From Noviherbaspirillum sp. (GTDB taxonomy: Bacteria; Pseudomonadota; Gammaproteobacteria; Burkholderiales; Burkholderiaceae_D): 64,000 bases of DNA. Every line of letters starts with the position of its first letter. Position 1 is the stretch's first letter. The DNA lies in contig NZ_DASZBA010000191.1 of NCBI RefSeq assembly GCF_035944575.1, positions 172 through 64,171 of the forward strand. Reading direction: 5' to 3'. Positions 10,516 to 18,097 of the stretch are shown in pieces. The position numbers were made by a program, and so were the translations under genes. The notes beneath the pieces are model-generated. The model was not told where the DNA came from. It worked only from the letters and a program-made list of their open reading frames with translations, and searched no databases.

Positions 10516-10875
10516 TCAATGATCCGGTATCGGCATACCCTGCGTACGCAGGAACGTCAGCTTGTCCCAATAGCCGCGTTGAAAAACGATCTGGTCATTC
10601 TGAATGTGAAAGAACCCGCATCCCCGCAGCCCGAGCGGATCGCGCCATTCAAGAATTGCCCATTCACCGTCTTCAAAAATGTTCTCGACGATGCATACCA
10701 TCTTCGCAGCGGCGAACCCGTCGGCGAACATCTTCCGAATCGCGTCTCTGCCTTCGACGGGTGATTCGGCTACCTGGTGGTTCACCGCATGTTCGTTGTA
10801 GAACGATGCGAGCGCATCGACGTCCGCTTTGTTGAAGGCATCCACCCATTGTTTGACGAGGTCTTTTGGTTTCAT
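10516..10875 (-). CDS. NTF2/SnoaL-like protein
   Basis: Start set at the internal ATG (MKPKDLVKQWVDAFNKADVDAL). The sequence upstream of it in the same frame is AT-rich islet DNA. Confidence 0.75.
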   Translation of the reverse strand: MKPKDLVKQWVDAFNKADVDALASFYNEHAVNHQVAESPVEGRDAIRKMFADGFAAAKMVCIVENIFEDGEWAILEWRDPLGLRGCGFFHIQNDQIVFQRGYWDKLTFLRTQGMPIPDH

Positions 10876-10989
10876 GGTGAATGTGTTTGTCGTGGTCCTG
10901 ACAGGCAATGTCTGACCGGACGCCGGCCTATAAGATGATATTGATCGAACTAAATTTAATCTACTCTGACGCTTATATTTTGACCTGTT

Positions 10990-11265
10990 GAGGTTACAGG
11001 TCAGATGTGCTGAGGTGCGAATGTGCTGCTGCAAGACTTGGCCCCGGTTACTGCTGTGCTCAGGACCAACCTGCCCAATTTGGTGCCCACGACGATATCC
11101 CCTCGCGGACGAACTCAGGCATTTTCTGTAACTCGTTGCGGCTTTCAGTTGCCTTGCCTAAATGCTTCTCAGCCATGATTCGTTCCCATCCGGCTCCACA
11201 AGTTTTTGTTCTTGAAGCTCATAGCTTTATCCTCTGCTTGTCACCCGTGAGTACCCGACCTTCAT
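10990..11265 (-). pseudogene. Serine recombinase (resolvase/invertase) N-terminal catalytic domain relic
   Basis: Hand translation of the minus strand across three frames gives MKVGYSRVTSRG*SYELQEQKL, then ERIMAEKHLGKATESRNELQKMPEFVREG, then GDIVVGTKLGRLVLS. Compare the Hin/Tn3 pattern IGYxRVSTxxQxxxLQ ... RIFxDKxSGK ... GDxLVVWKLDRLGRS. The relic has a stop at the conserved Q, at least 2 frameshifts, mutated catalytic residues, and is truncated after about 90 codons. Confidence 0.7.
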
Positions 11266-11564
11266 GTGCCCTTTGTTCTCAAAATTCTAAGATGATGTGA
11301 AACTTTAATATGAGACGATTTTTAAGACGATGCAAAAGGGAGTTTCATGATGTCTCGCGACTTGTAAGTTATAAGACATGCTCAGAAGTCCGATCATTAA
11401 AACCGACCACAGCGAAATAGCTAAATGCTGTAATTTCTGACTTAGAGCCAATACTTGCCCATTGGACATTCTGATTCGGATCTCGTAGACTTCATAAGCA
11501 AATCGCTACAAGTCTACCTAACGCGTAATTGCGTTGCTACCTATCCCTCTCTGAGTCACTCTAG

Positions 11565-12524
11565 ATGTCGACAACGAAGCTAACAGAACAACAACTTGCC
11601 ACTATTCGACCGCTTGAAGCTGCACTCCAGAAGGCGGTTCAACAGGTGGAACCGGAGAGGGCAATTGAGATTGTCACAAAAATACAAGCTGAGTTTCCCA
11701 ACGATCGGAGCCACCACCGTTTGCTTCGCGCAAAACTTTGGGCATTTGAAGCAAATTTAGAAGCGAATCGAATTATGTACGCCGAAACTGGCTTTATCGG
11801 GATTCGGAAGCTATCGGAACCTAATACTCGACTGTACTTGGAAGCAAGTTCCTTGCTTGCAGTATGTAAGTTGCGCCAGAAACGTGTTCCTGAAGCAAAA
11901 GACCTAATTACTGAAGTTATTTCGAAAATAAACAACATTGCCTCAGAGCGAACTCGAAGACAATTTCAAAAGCGGTTGATTGAGCGTATAGAAGAGGAAT
12001 GCATCCTGACAGAGTTAATCGGCACAGGAGATGCAACGTTAGATGTTAATGAAGTTGAGGCTAATGCTATATTTCTTTTGCAACGGAACACCGACGACGA
12101 AATTCTAAAACTAATTGGCGATAGCGTTCCAGCAGCTAGCATACAGTTGCTAAATGATGTTAGAACGCACTCGGTTAAGCAGCTTCCACCATCTGACCGC
12201 AAACTTCTTCCTCCACCCGAAAAGGCCGAAGAACCTAGGCAAATTGGGCGTACGACCTTTGCAATCCTGAAGCGTATCGCGTGGAAGACTTTCTGCAAGC
12301 CATCAAGTCCAATCTTCAAACTTTGGTCGAATCGTGTGCCAAAAGTCTTCAATGAAGGGTATTTTTCTGCAGCCGTTGTCACGACCTTGGGCGATTTTCG
12401 GATTGGAATCCCAATGATCGCGAGTGGCCTTGCTGCACTGGTTATGAAATACTCTGCGGAAGAGTTTTGCGAGTTGGCGAAACCGAAAGGACTGATGATC
12501 CCTAGGAACGAGCCTGAGACTTAG
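11565..12524 (+). CDS. Hypothetical protein (orphan, helical N-terminal region, hydrophobic C-terminal segment)
   Basis: 319-aa ORF in AT-rich DNA, so a long ORF is unlikely by chance. I recognise no family motif. Confidence 0.65.
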   Translation: MSTTKLTEQQLATIRPLEAALQKAVQQVEPERAIEIVTKIQAEFPNDRSHHRLLRAKLWAFEANLEANRIMYAETGFIGIRKLSEPNTRLYLEASSLLAVCKLRQKRVPEAKDLITEVISKINNIASERTRRQFQKRLIERIEEECILTELIGTGDATLDVNEVEANAIFLLQRNTDDEILKLIGDSVPAASIQLLNDVRTHSVKQLPPSDRKLLPPPEKAEEPRQIGRTTFAILKRIAWKTFCKPSSPIFKLWSNRVPKVFNEGYFSAAVVTTLGDFRIGIPMIASGLAALVMKYSAEEFCELAKPKGLMIPRNEPET

Positions 12525-12697
12525 AACATTTGACTCCATTCTTGCAAGGAAGGTCCTTTCCAATCGAGCGGGCAAAGGGTATGGCGGAAAGGGCGCTTCG
12601 TTTGAAGGAGAAACGTGCACGCACAACTTGACGAATTTCGTTGTAAGGTATGGTGCGAGAATCGGGTTATTGGCTGCCGATTCCCGTGCTTAAGCGA

Positions 12698-14110
12698 TCA
12701 ATCTGCTGCTGATTCAGGTTGCGGTGCTAAGTAGCCAGCCTTGTTGGCACTCAACAGTGCATCTAGCTCAGCATCCGAGAATGTCCCCTGTGCTCGAAGC
12801 TTTTGAATAAACGTTCTGTAACTTGTTGCACCAGGTATGTCTGCATTCGTCTCCACTGGAAGTCTAATAATGCGTTCAAAGTCTTCTTTAATTAAATATT
12901 CGAAAATTGGGAAGATCACCTTTCCCATTATTTCATTGACGCGATTGAAAGAATAAGCGCCGCCCAAAAAGTGAATGGCACGGTCCTTTGCAAGTATTCC
13001 TAATCCATGCTCTATTCCTAAAACAAGCTCGTCGAAAGTTAGTTGAGCAACACGTTTCGCGACTGCTTCAGCTAACGCTTCTAATCGGTTAAGGGACGCG
13101 AGACCCGGCACGACTTGTTCAGGCGGTGCACAATTGATAAAGCTTAGCACCTTACCTTTAGCATCCTCGTCGAGCAGGTTCCAACCAATTCGAACATGGG
13201 TAAGTATCGCTACGGCAAACATCAGACCAGCGTCCGGAACGTCCCTAATAGCTTTATTAAGTTGCTGCTTTAGCCGCCTTTCGACCTTATCAGGAAACAT
13301 TTCGAATACCCCCTTCAGGGCGGACATCACCGATAACTCTCCGTAAAAGTTATCGCCCTCCGTCACAAATCCAAAAACAATCATGTCAACGAAATTGCTG
13401 ACTAGAGCTTCGCTAGGGCGGGCAAGGGATGAGGCCCGAAATTGGACGATTACCTTATCGGTTTCATTAGGGAAGAACTGAGAGAGTATGAGAGCTCTCA
13501 ACTTTGCCAATGCTGCCTTTCCCTGAACTGGAGGCTCGGAAAGCACATGAATTACCGCGTTGCGCAGGTGTAGCCGCGCATGTTCTGCACTTGGACGGTA
13601 AGGTTCACCGATTCGTTGAAATGAGGGATGCGCGCACCGGTGTCTATCATCGCGTAATCGTAACAAGTCGGTAAACTGATGAGGATCGAGCATTTGTAGC
13701 TCGTTCCGACAAGTTTCGAGAACCTTTCTCTCGAACTCCAAGGCACCTTTCAGACCCTGATCATTGCCTGCCTCAATCTGAGCAATGTATCGTTCGTACT
13801 GAAGTTCAATGTCTTTGGCTTTACCCTCACCGGATGCGGCGAGCTCACGGATTTTGTCAATCAAGTCAAAAACAACGGCTATCCACGTACTTACAATCGC
13901 AGCACGATAAGCGCCTCCCCGATAACAAAGCACGGCTTCTGCTATATGTTCCTTTGAGCGTTCCGATCTACAGCGGAGGGCTAAGGTCTCAATGTCTGCA
14001 AGACTTTCTGCCACGTTTGTTTCTCCAAGTAAAGGATTGAGTGACAATAGAAGTGTAGGCGTAGACGAGTGCGCGCCTAATAGGTCACCCAATGTGTTGA
14101 CTAAACTCAT
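12698..14110 (-). CDS. Hypothetical protein with N-terminal HEPN-like region (two Rx4H motifs)
   Basis: 470-aa ORF in AT-rich DNA. Residues 56-86 read IAEAVLCYRGGAYRAAIVSTWIAVVFDLIDK. RHRCAH lies at 13628-13645 and RNAVIH at 13547-13564. Coding status is confident, function is not. Confidence 0.7.
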   Translation of the reverse strand: MSLVNTLGDLLGAHSSTPTLLLSLNPLLGETNVAESLADIETLALRCRSERSKEHIAEAVLCYRGGAYRAAIVSTWIAVVFDLIDKIRELAASGEGKAKDIELQYERYIAQIEAGNDQGLKGALEFERKVLETCRNELQMLDPHQFTDLLRLRDDRHRCAHPSFQRIGEPYRPSAEHARLHLRNAVIHVLSEPPVQGKAALAKLRALILSQFFPNETDKVIVQFRASSLARPSEALVSNFVDMIVFGFVTEGDNFYGELSVMSALKGVFEMFPDKVERRLKQQLNKAIRDVPDAGLMFAVAILTHVRIGWNLLDEDAKGKVLSFINCAPPEQVVPGLASLNRLEALAEAVAKRVAQLTFDELVLGIEHGLGILAKDRAIHFLGGAYSFNRVNEIMGKVIFPIFEYLIKEDFERIIRLPVETNADIPGATSYRTFIQKLRAQGTFSDAELDALLSANKAGYLAPQPESAAD

Positions 14111-14457
14111 TACTTTACTTGGATTCTTGTTCGTGAAGCAAGGCTAGCCGCCCTTAGCTGCATTGAGGAGGAAAAATCTCCGAACAAGTTTTGAGATTGA
14201 TGACTGCTTAGCTGAGACATGCGACGTTTGCTGACTCGACGCCATTAGACTATGTAAATGCCTAAGATATTCCTCGAGTAAGCGATGGTTTTGTCTATGC
14301 GAGGTAAAGATGAGTGATCAAGAACGTGTATGTCGAAAGACCATTGTGACGGACGCTTTGGAGCGCATGGTGTGTTGCACCATCACTTCCACTTATAACA
14401 TCAATGGTGGCCTAACTCCTTGAGTTCTAAGGGGCGGTTCAATCCCCGCCATATCCC

Positions 14458-16032
14458 TCAAGCCACATTCTTCAACCGCTTCACCCCCGCCTGCGGCAAG
14501 TCCACCATCATCGGCTCCCCCGGCACCGTACATCCCGTCGCGCAGCATTTCCCCGGCTGCTTGTTCGCCGTGATCGGCCGTCGCGGATCGTCTACCAGCC
14601 CGCGGTCCATCAACCGCTCCACCAGTTCCACCTTGTTCCCGATCGGGTAGTTGCGGTAGATCTCCTGCTTCATCGCCGCCGGTGAGCCGCCGCCGTGCAG
14701 GCTGATGACCGAGTACCAGCCGCCCTGATAGGACGCGGTGAGGTCTTCGATGAAACGGGCCGTTTGTATGCGCTGCTCGTACGGCACATTCGGATTGGCG
14801 CGCAGGACGTCGGCGAGGTTGGCCGCCGTTTCAGGATTGTGGTCTTCGTCGGGGCCGGGGAGGGTAACAATCAGGCCGCCCGATACATAGTGGGCGATGC
14901 GATGCATGTCGTAGATCTGCGTGGCCAGCAGCAGCTTGCCGATGTTGGAGAACACCGCGTCCGGCACGAAGGTGTTCGAGGCCTCGTCAACCTTTGCATA
15001 CACCGATGCGGCCACGCCGCAGGCATAGAAGCCTTCGGTGATCTTGATGAGTTCCACCATCTGTTCGCGCAAGTGAGTTTCCTTGCCAGGATCGAAGCCG
15101 TTCGCTTCGCACATCAATGCGCCGGCGCCGATGAGCAGGTCGCCGAAGCCGGCGCGTGCGCCGATGCAGCTGTGACGGTGGTGGGTCGCGTAGTTGTAGG
15201 TCATGTAGGACGAGTGTTCCCATTCGCCGGCGTAAAACACCCGTTCCCACGGCACGAAGACGCGGTCGAAGACCAGCACGCCGGTGGATTGGCCGAACTT
15301 GTTGGAGAACAGCGCCGATTTTTCTCCCGGGCGTCCGGCGGGGCGGGCGATGATGGTCAGCCCGGGGACATCGCAGGGCACCGCGCAGCAGACCGCGAAG
15401 TCGGCATCCGCCTCGCTCATGTTGCGGCAGGGCATGACGAGAAATTCATGCATGTAGGGCGCACCAGTGACGATGGCCTTGGTGCCGGACAGGACGATGC
15501 CTTTCGCATTGCGCTCGACGATGTGCACATACGAATCCGGATTGGCCTGCTCGTGCGGACGGCGGCTGCGGTCGCCTTTCGCATCGGTCATCGCAATGCC
15601 GACCGAGAGGTCGCGGTCCTGGAAGTCGTGCAGGTAGTTGAGGAAATGCTCGCCGTAGCGAGTGCCCTTGTCGGCGTCGATGCGATGCGTGGCCTGGTAG
15701 ATCGCGTTGAAGGCATCGTGCGCAAGATAGCGCTGCGCGCAGCCGGTTTCCTGGCACAGCAGGCGAACCGCTTCCAGCTTGTTGAGCAGGTCACCGGTAC
15801 TGGTGTTGATGTGCAGCATGCGGTTGACCTGCTTGCCGGAGGTGTGCTGTGTCGCCAGCATCAGCGGCGCGAAGTCTTCCTTTAATGCGTAGTCGTAGGT
15901 GACGCCGAGCGCATTGATGCCCGGTGCGAATGCCGGTTCGTCCGCCACCGATTCGATAAGGCGGCCATCCAGATAGACTTTCGGCTTGTATTGCCGCAGC
16001 GACTCGCGGTATTCGGCGGATGACATCAGCAT
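14458..16032 (-). CDS. HpaB/AbfD-family protein (4-hydroxyphenylacetate 3-hydroxylase / 4-hydroxybutyryl-CoA dehydratase family)
   Basis: Start set at the internal ATG, preceded by AAGGAG at 16039-16044. Family-typical stretches include GIAMTDAKGDRS, GTKAIVTGAPY and ATHHRHSCIGARAG. Confidence 0.75.
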   Translation of the reverse strand: MLMSSAEYRESLRQYKPKVYLDGRLIESVADEPAFAPGINALGVTYDYALKEDFAPLMLATQHTSGKQVNRMLHINTSTGDLLNKLEAVRLLCQETGCAQRYLAHDAFNAIYQATHRIDADKGTRYGEHFLNYLHDFQDRDLSVGIAMTDAKGDRSRRPHEQANPDSYVHIVERNAKGIVLSGTKAIVTGAPYMHEFLVMPCRNMSEADADFAVCCAVPCDVPGLTIIARPAGRPGEKSALFSNKFGQSTGVLVFDRVFVPWERVFYAGEWEHSSYMTYNYATHHRHSCIGARAGFGDLLIGAGALMCEANGFDPGKETHLREQMVELIKITEGFYACGVAASVYAKVDEASNTFVPDAVFSNIGKLLLATQIYDMHRIAHYVSGGLIVTLPGPDEDHNPETAANLADVLRANPNVPYEQRIQTARFIEDLTASYQGGWYSVISLHGGGSPAAMKQEIYRNYPIGNKVELVERLMDRGLVDDPRRPITANKQPGKCCATGCTVPGEPMMVDLPQAGVKRLKNVA

Positions 16033-16070
16033 GGCGATCTCCTTGAATTGAAAACGGTCTATCATGAATG

Positions 16071-16083
16071 TGAACTAAGTTCA
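16071..16083. promoter_or_regulatory. Candidate operator palindrome TGAACTAAGTTCA
   Basis: Perfect 13-nt palindrome in the 102-bp divergent spacer between the HpaB/AbfD-like gene and the TetR gene. Confidence 0.4.
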
Positions 16084-16096
16084 TTTTTGCGTCAAG

Positions 16097-16112
16097 CATG
16101 CATGGATGCATG
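16097..16112. promoter_or_regulatory. Candidate operator palindrome CATGCATGGATGCATG
   Basis: Perfect 16-nt palindrome in the same divergent spacer, 23 nt upstream of the TetR start. Confidence 0.4.
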
Positions 16113-16134
16113 TGCATCGTGCTACATTTTCCCC

Positions 16135-16797
16135 ATGAAAAAACAGACCAGTACGGTAAAGGAAAGTAATGAGGTGATGGAGGCTGTCGAGCCGCGCCGG
16201 GTGCGCCTGCGCGCCGTCAAGGACATGAAGCGGCAGATGATTCTCGACGCCGCGCGGCGGGTGTTCGAGAAGGAAGGTTTGCTTGGCGCCAACATGCGGG
16301 CGATTGCCAACGAGGCCGGCTATACCGCCAGCGCGCTGTACAACCATTACGCCAGCAAGGAAGAGATCTACGGCGACCTGTTGTCGCAATCGCTCGACAG
16401 GCTGAACGACGCGGTCGAGGCGGCATCCGGCAATGGGCAGCCCGCGCACCGCATCAAGCGCCAGGCGCTGGCCTTCTATGATTTCTACCTGAATTATCCG
16501 CGCGAGCTCGACCTCGGCTTTTACCTGTTCCAGGGCATGAAGCCGCTCGGCCTCACGCCGGAACTCAATGAGCAACTGAACCAGCGCCTGCGCCAGGCGC
16601 TGGGCGGCGTGGAGAGCGGCTTGGTCGCGCTCGGCTGCAGCGCCGCCGTCGCAGAACGTGAAACCACGGCGCTGTTCGGCCACTGCGTCGGCCTGCTGCT
16701 GCTCACGCATACCGGCCGTATCCGCATGTTCGGCCAGGACGGCCGCGCATTGTTTTCCCTCTATATCGGCAGAATGATCCAGCAGGCGACCTCATGA
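16135..16797 (+). CDS. TetR/AcrR family transcriptional regulator
   Basis: Start set at the internal ATG (MKKQTS). The HTH is ANMRAIANEAGYTASALYNHYASKEEIY. Confidence 0.85.
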   Translation: MKKQTSTVKESNEVMEAVEPRRVRLRAVKDMKRQMILDAARRVFEKEGLLGANMRAIANEAGYTASALYNHYASKEEIYGDLLSQSLDRLNDAVEAASGNGQPAHRIKRQALAFYDFYLNYPRELDLGFYLFQGMKPLGLTPELNEQLNQRLRQALGGVESGLVALGCSAAVAERETTALFGHCVGLLLLTHTGRIRMFGQDGRALFSLYIGRMIQQATS

Positions 16798-17336
16798 GCA
16801 CACTATGCGATGCGCAGCAATCCACCCTTGTCCTGATCGATCTGCAGGAACGGTTGATGCCGGCCATTCATGACAATGAAACCGTGGTCGCCAATGCGCG
16901 CAGGCTGGCGCAGGCGGCAAAGCTGCTGGAGGTGCCGGTGATCGGCACGGCGCAATATCCGGCGGGGCTCGGGCCCAACGTCGCCGACCTGCATGCGCTG
17001 TGCGAGCGAGTCATCGACAAGAATGACTTTGATGCCTGCGGCGCACCGGCATTCATTGCCGCACTGGATGCGACGGACCGCCCGGATTTGATCGTGACAG
17101 GCTGCGAAGCGCATGTCTGCGTATTGCAAACCGTGCTCGGCCTGCTGGGGCGCGGTCGCCGCGTGCGGCTGGTGGTGGATGCGATCGGATCGCGCCTGCC
17201 GTTGAACAAGACGATTGCGATCGAGCGGGCGAAGGCGGCGGGTGCGGAGTTGGTGACGACGGAGATGGTGTTGTTTGAGTGGATGAGGAGTAGTGAACAT
17301 CCGCGGTTCAAGGAAATGCTGCGGTTGATCAAGTGA
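16794..17336 (+). CDS. Isochorismatase-family cysteine hydrolase
   Basis: 180-aa ORF with LVLIDLQ and VTGCEAHVCVLQT motifs. It overlaps the TetR stop by 4 nt. Confidence 0.8.
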   Translation: MSTLCDAQQSTLVLIDLQERLMPAIHDNETVVANARRLAQAAKLLEVPVIGTAQYPAGLGPNVADLHALCERVIDKNDFDACGAPAFIAALDATDRPDLIVTGCEAHVCVLQTVLGLLGRGRRVRLVVDAIGSRLPLNKTIAIERAKAAGAELVTTEMVLFEWMRSSEHPRFKEMLRLIK

Positions 17337-17449
17337 ACCGGGTTTGCTTTGCATGGCTGGTGTTGGACAGTCGCCCGATTGCAACCCTAGAGTAATAAGG
17401 TCCAACATAATACTGGCAACATATTGCAGCAAATTATTCTGCTGCGTAT

Positions 17450-17477
17450 CTCCTTCGCCCTATCAGGGGTAGGGAGC
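17450..17477. repeat. Solo degenerate C-type hairpin
   Basis: CTCCTTCGCCCTATCAGGGGTAGGGAG. Confidence 0.45.
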
Positions 17478-17521
17478 CGCGCAGTGAAAGCTTAAAGCGC
17501 CGTGTGTATCAGGAGACTTCC

Positions 17522-18082
17522 ATGAAATCATTTATCGCCACCACCCTCATCGCCGCCACGCTTTTTCCCGCCGCATCAAGCGCCACCTCAACCTCTTACG
17601 CTGGCCAGGAAACCCGCGACATCAAATCCCTGTCGCAGGAAGACATCAACGGTTACCTGGCCGGCAAGGGCATGGGCTTTGCCAAGGCAGCCGAACTCAA
17701 CGGCTATCCCGGCCCCATGCATGTCCTCGAACTCGCATCCGAGCTGCAACTGACGCCGGAGCAGCAGGCAAAGACAAAGCAGCTATTCGATGCGATGCAG
17801 GTAAAGGCCAGCATGCTGGGACGGGAACTGGTGGCTGCGGAACAGAAGCTGGACCGGCTTTTCGCCGGCCGGTCGGCCAATACGGAATTGCTGGACAACT
17901 CACTCAAGGAGATTGGCGCCTTGCAAGCGAAGGTGCGCGGTGCGCATCTGGAGGCCCATCTCACGCAGGCAGAGATCCTCACTGCAGAGCAGACCGCCCG
18001 CTATCTCACGCTGCGCGGTTACGGCAAGCAGGCAGCCACTGGTGTCGACCACGGTAGTCACGGCGGCCGGCACAAGCATTGA
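17522..18082 (+). CDS. Periplasmic Spy/CpxP-like (LTXXQ) protein
   Basis: Start set at the ATG after AGGAGA. It has a signal peptide and two LTXXQ motifs (LTPEQ, LTAEQ). Confidence 0.65.
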   Translation: MKSFIATTLIAATLFPAASSATSTSYAGQETRDIKSLSQEDINGYLAGKGMGFAKAAELNGYPGPMHVLELASELQLTPEQQAKTKQLFDAMQVKASMLGRELVAAEQKLDRLFAGRSANTELLDNSLKEIGALQAKVRGAHLEAHLTQAEILTAEQTARYLTLRGYGKQAATGVDHGSHGGRHKH

Positions 18083-18097
18083 CCCCGGCGGCACTCA

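Larger units (their letters stand above)
10876..14457. mobile_element. Low-GC genomic islet, likely a decayed integrative element carrying orphan cargo
   Basis: Composition and codon usage shift abruptly. Hand count is about 45% GC at 12.0 kb versus about 58% at 15.0 kb. It contains a serine-recombinase relic at the left edge and two orphan ORFs. Confidence 0.6.

Noticed and set aside
11007-11300. 97-aa plus-strand ORF in the islet
   Set aside because: It is antisense to the serine-recombinase relic, which explains the region better.
14433-14450. Possible tRNA gene (GGTTCAATCC motif)
   Set aside because: The stem GGCGG/CCGCC encloses an 8-nt rather than a 7-nt loop. I could not build acceptor, D or anticodon arms around it. 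At most it is a tRNA-derived scar, and it is reported as such with low interest.
14695-15885. 396-aa plus-strand ORF
   Set aside because: It is antisense to the HpaB/AbfD-family gene and has the same R/A/G/V/H-rich shadow composition.
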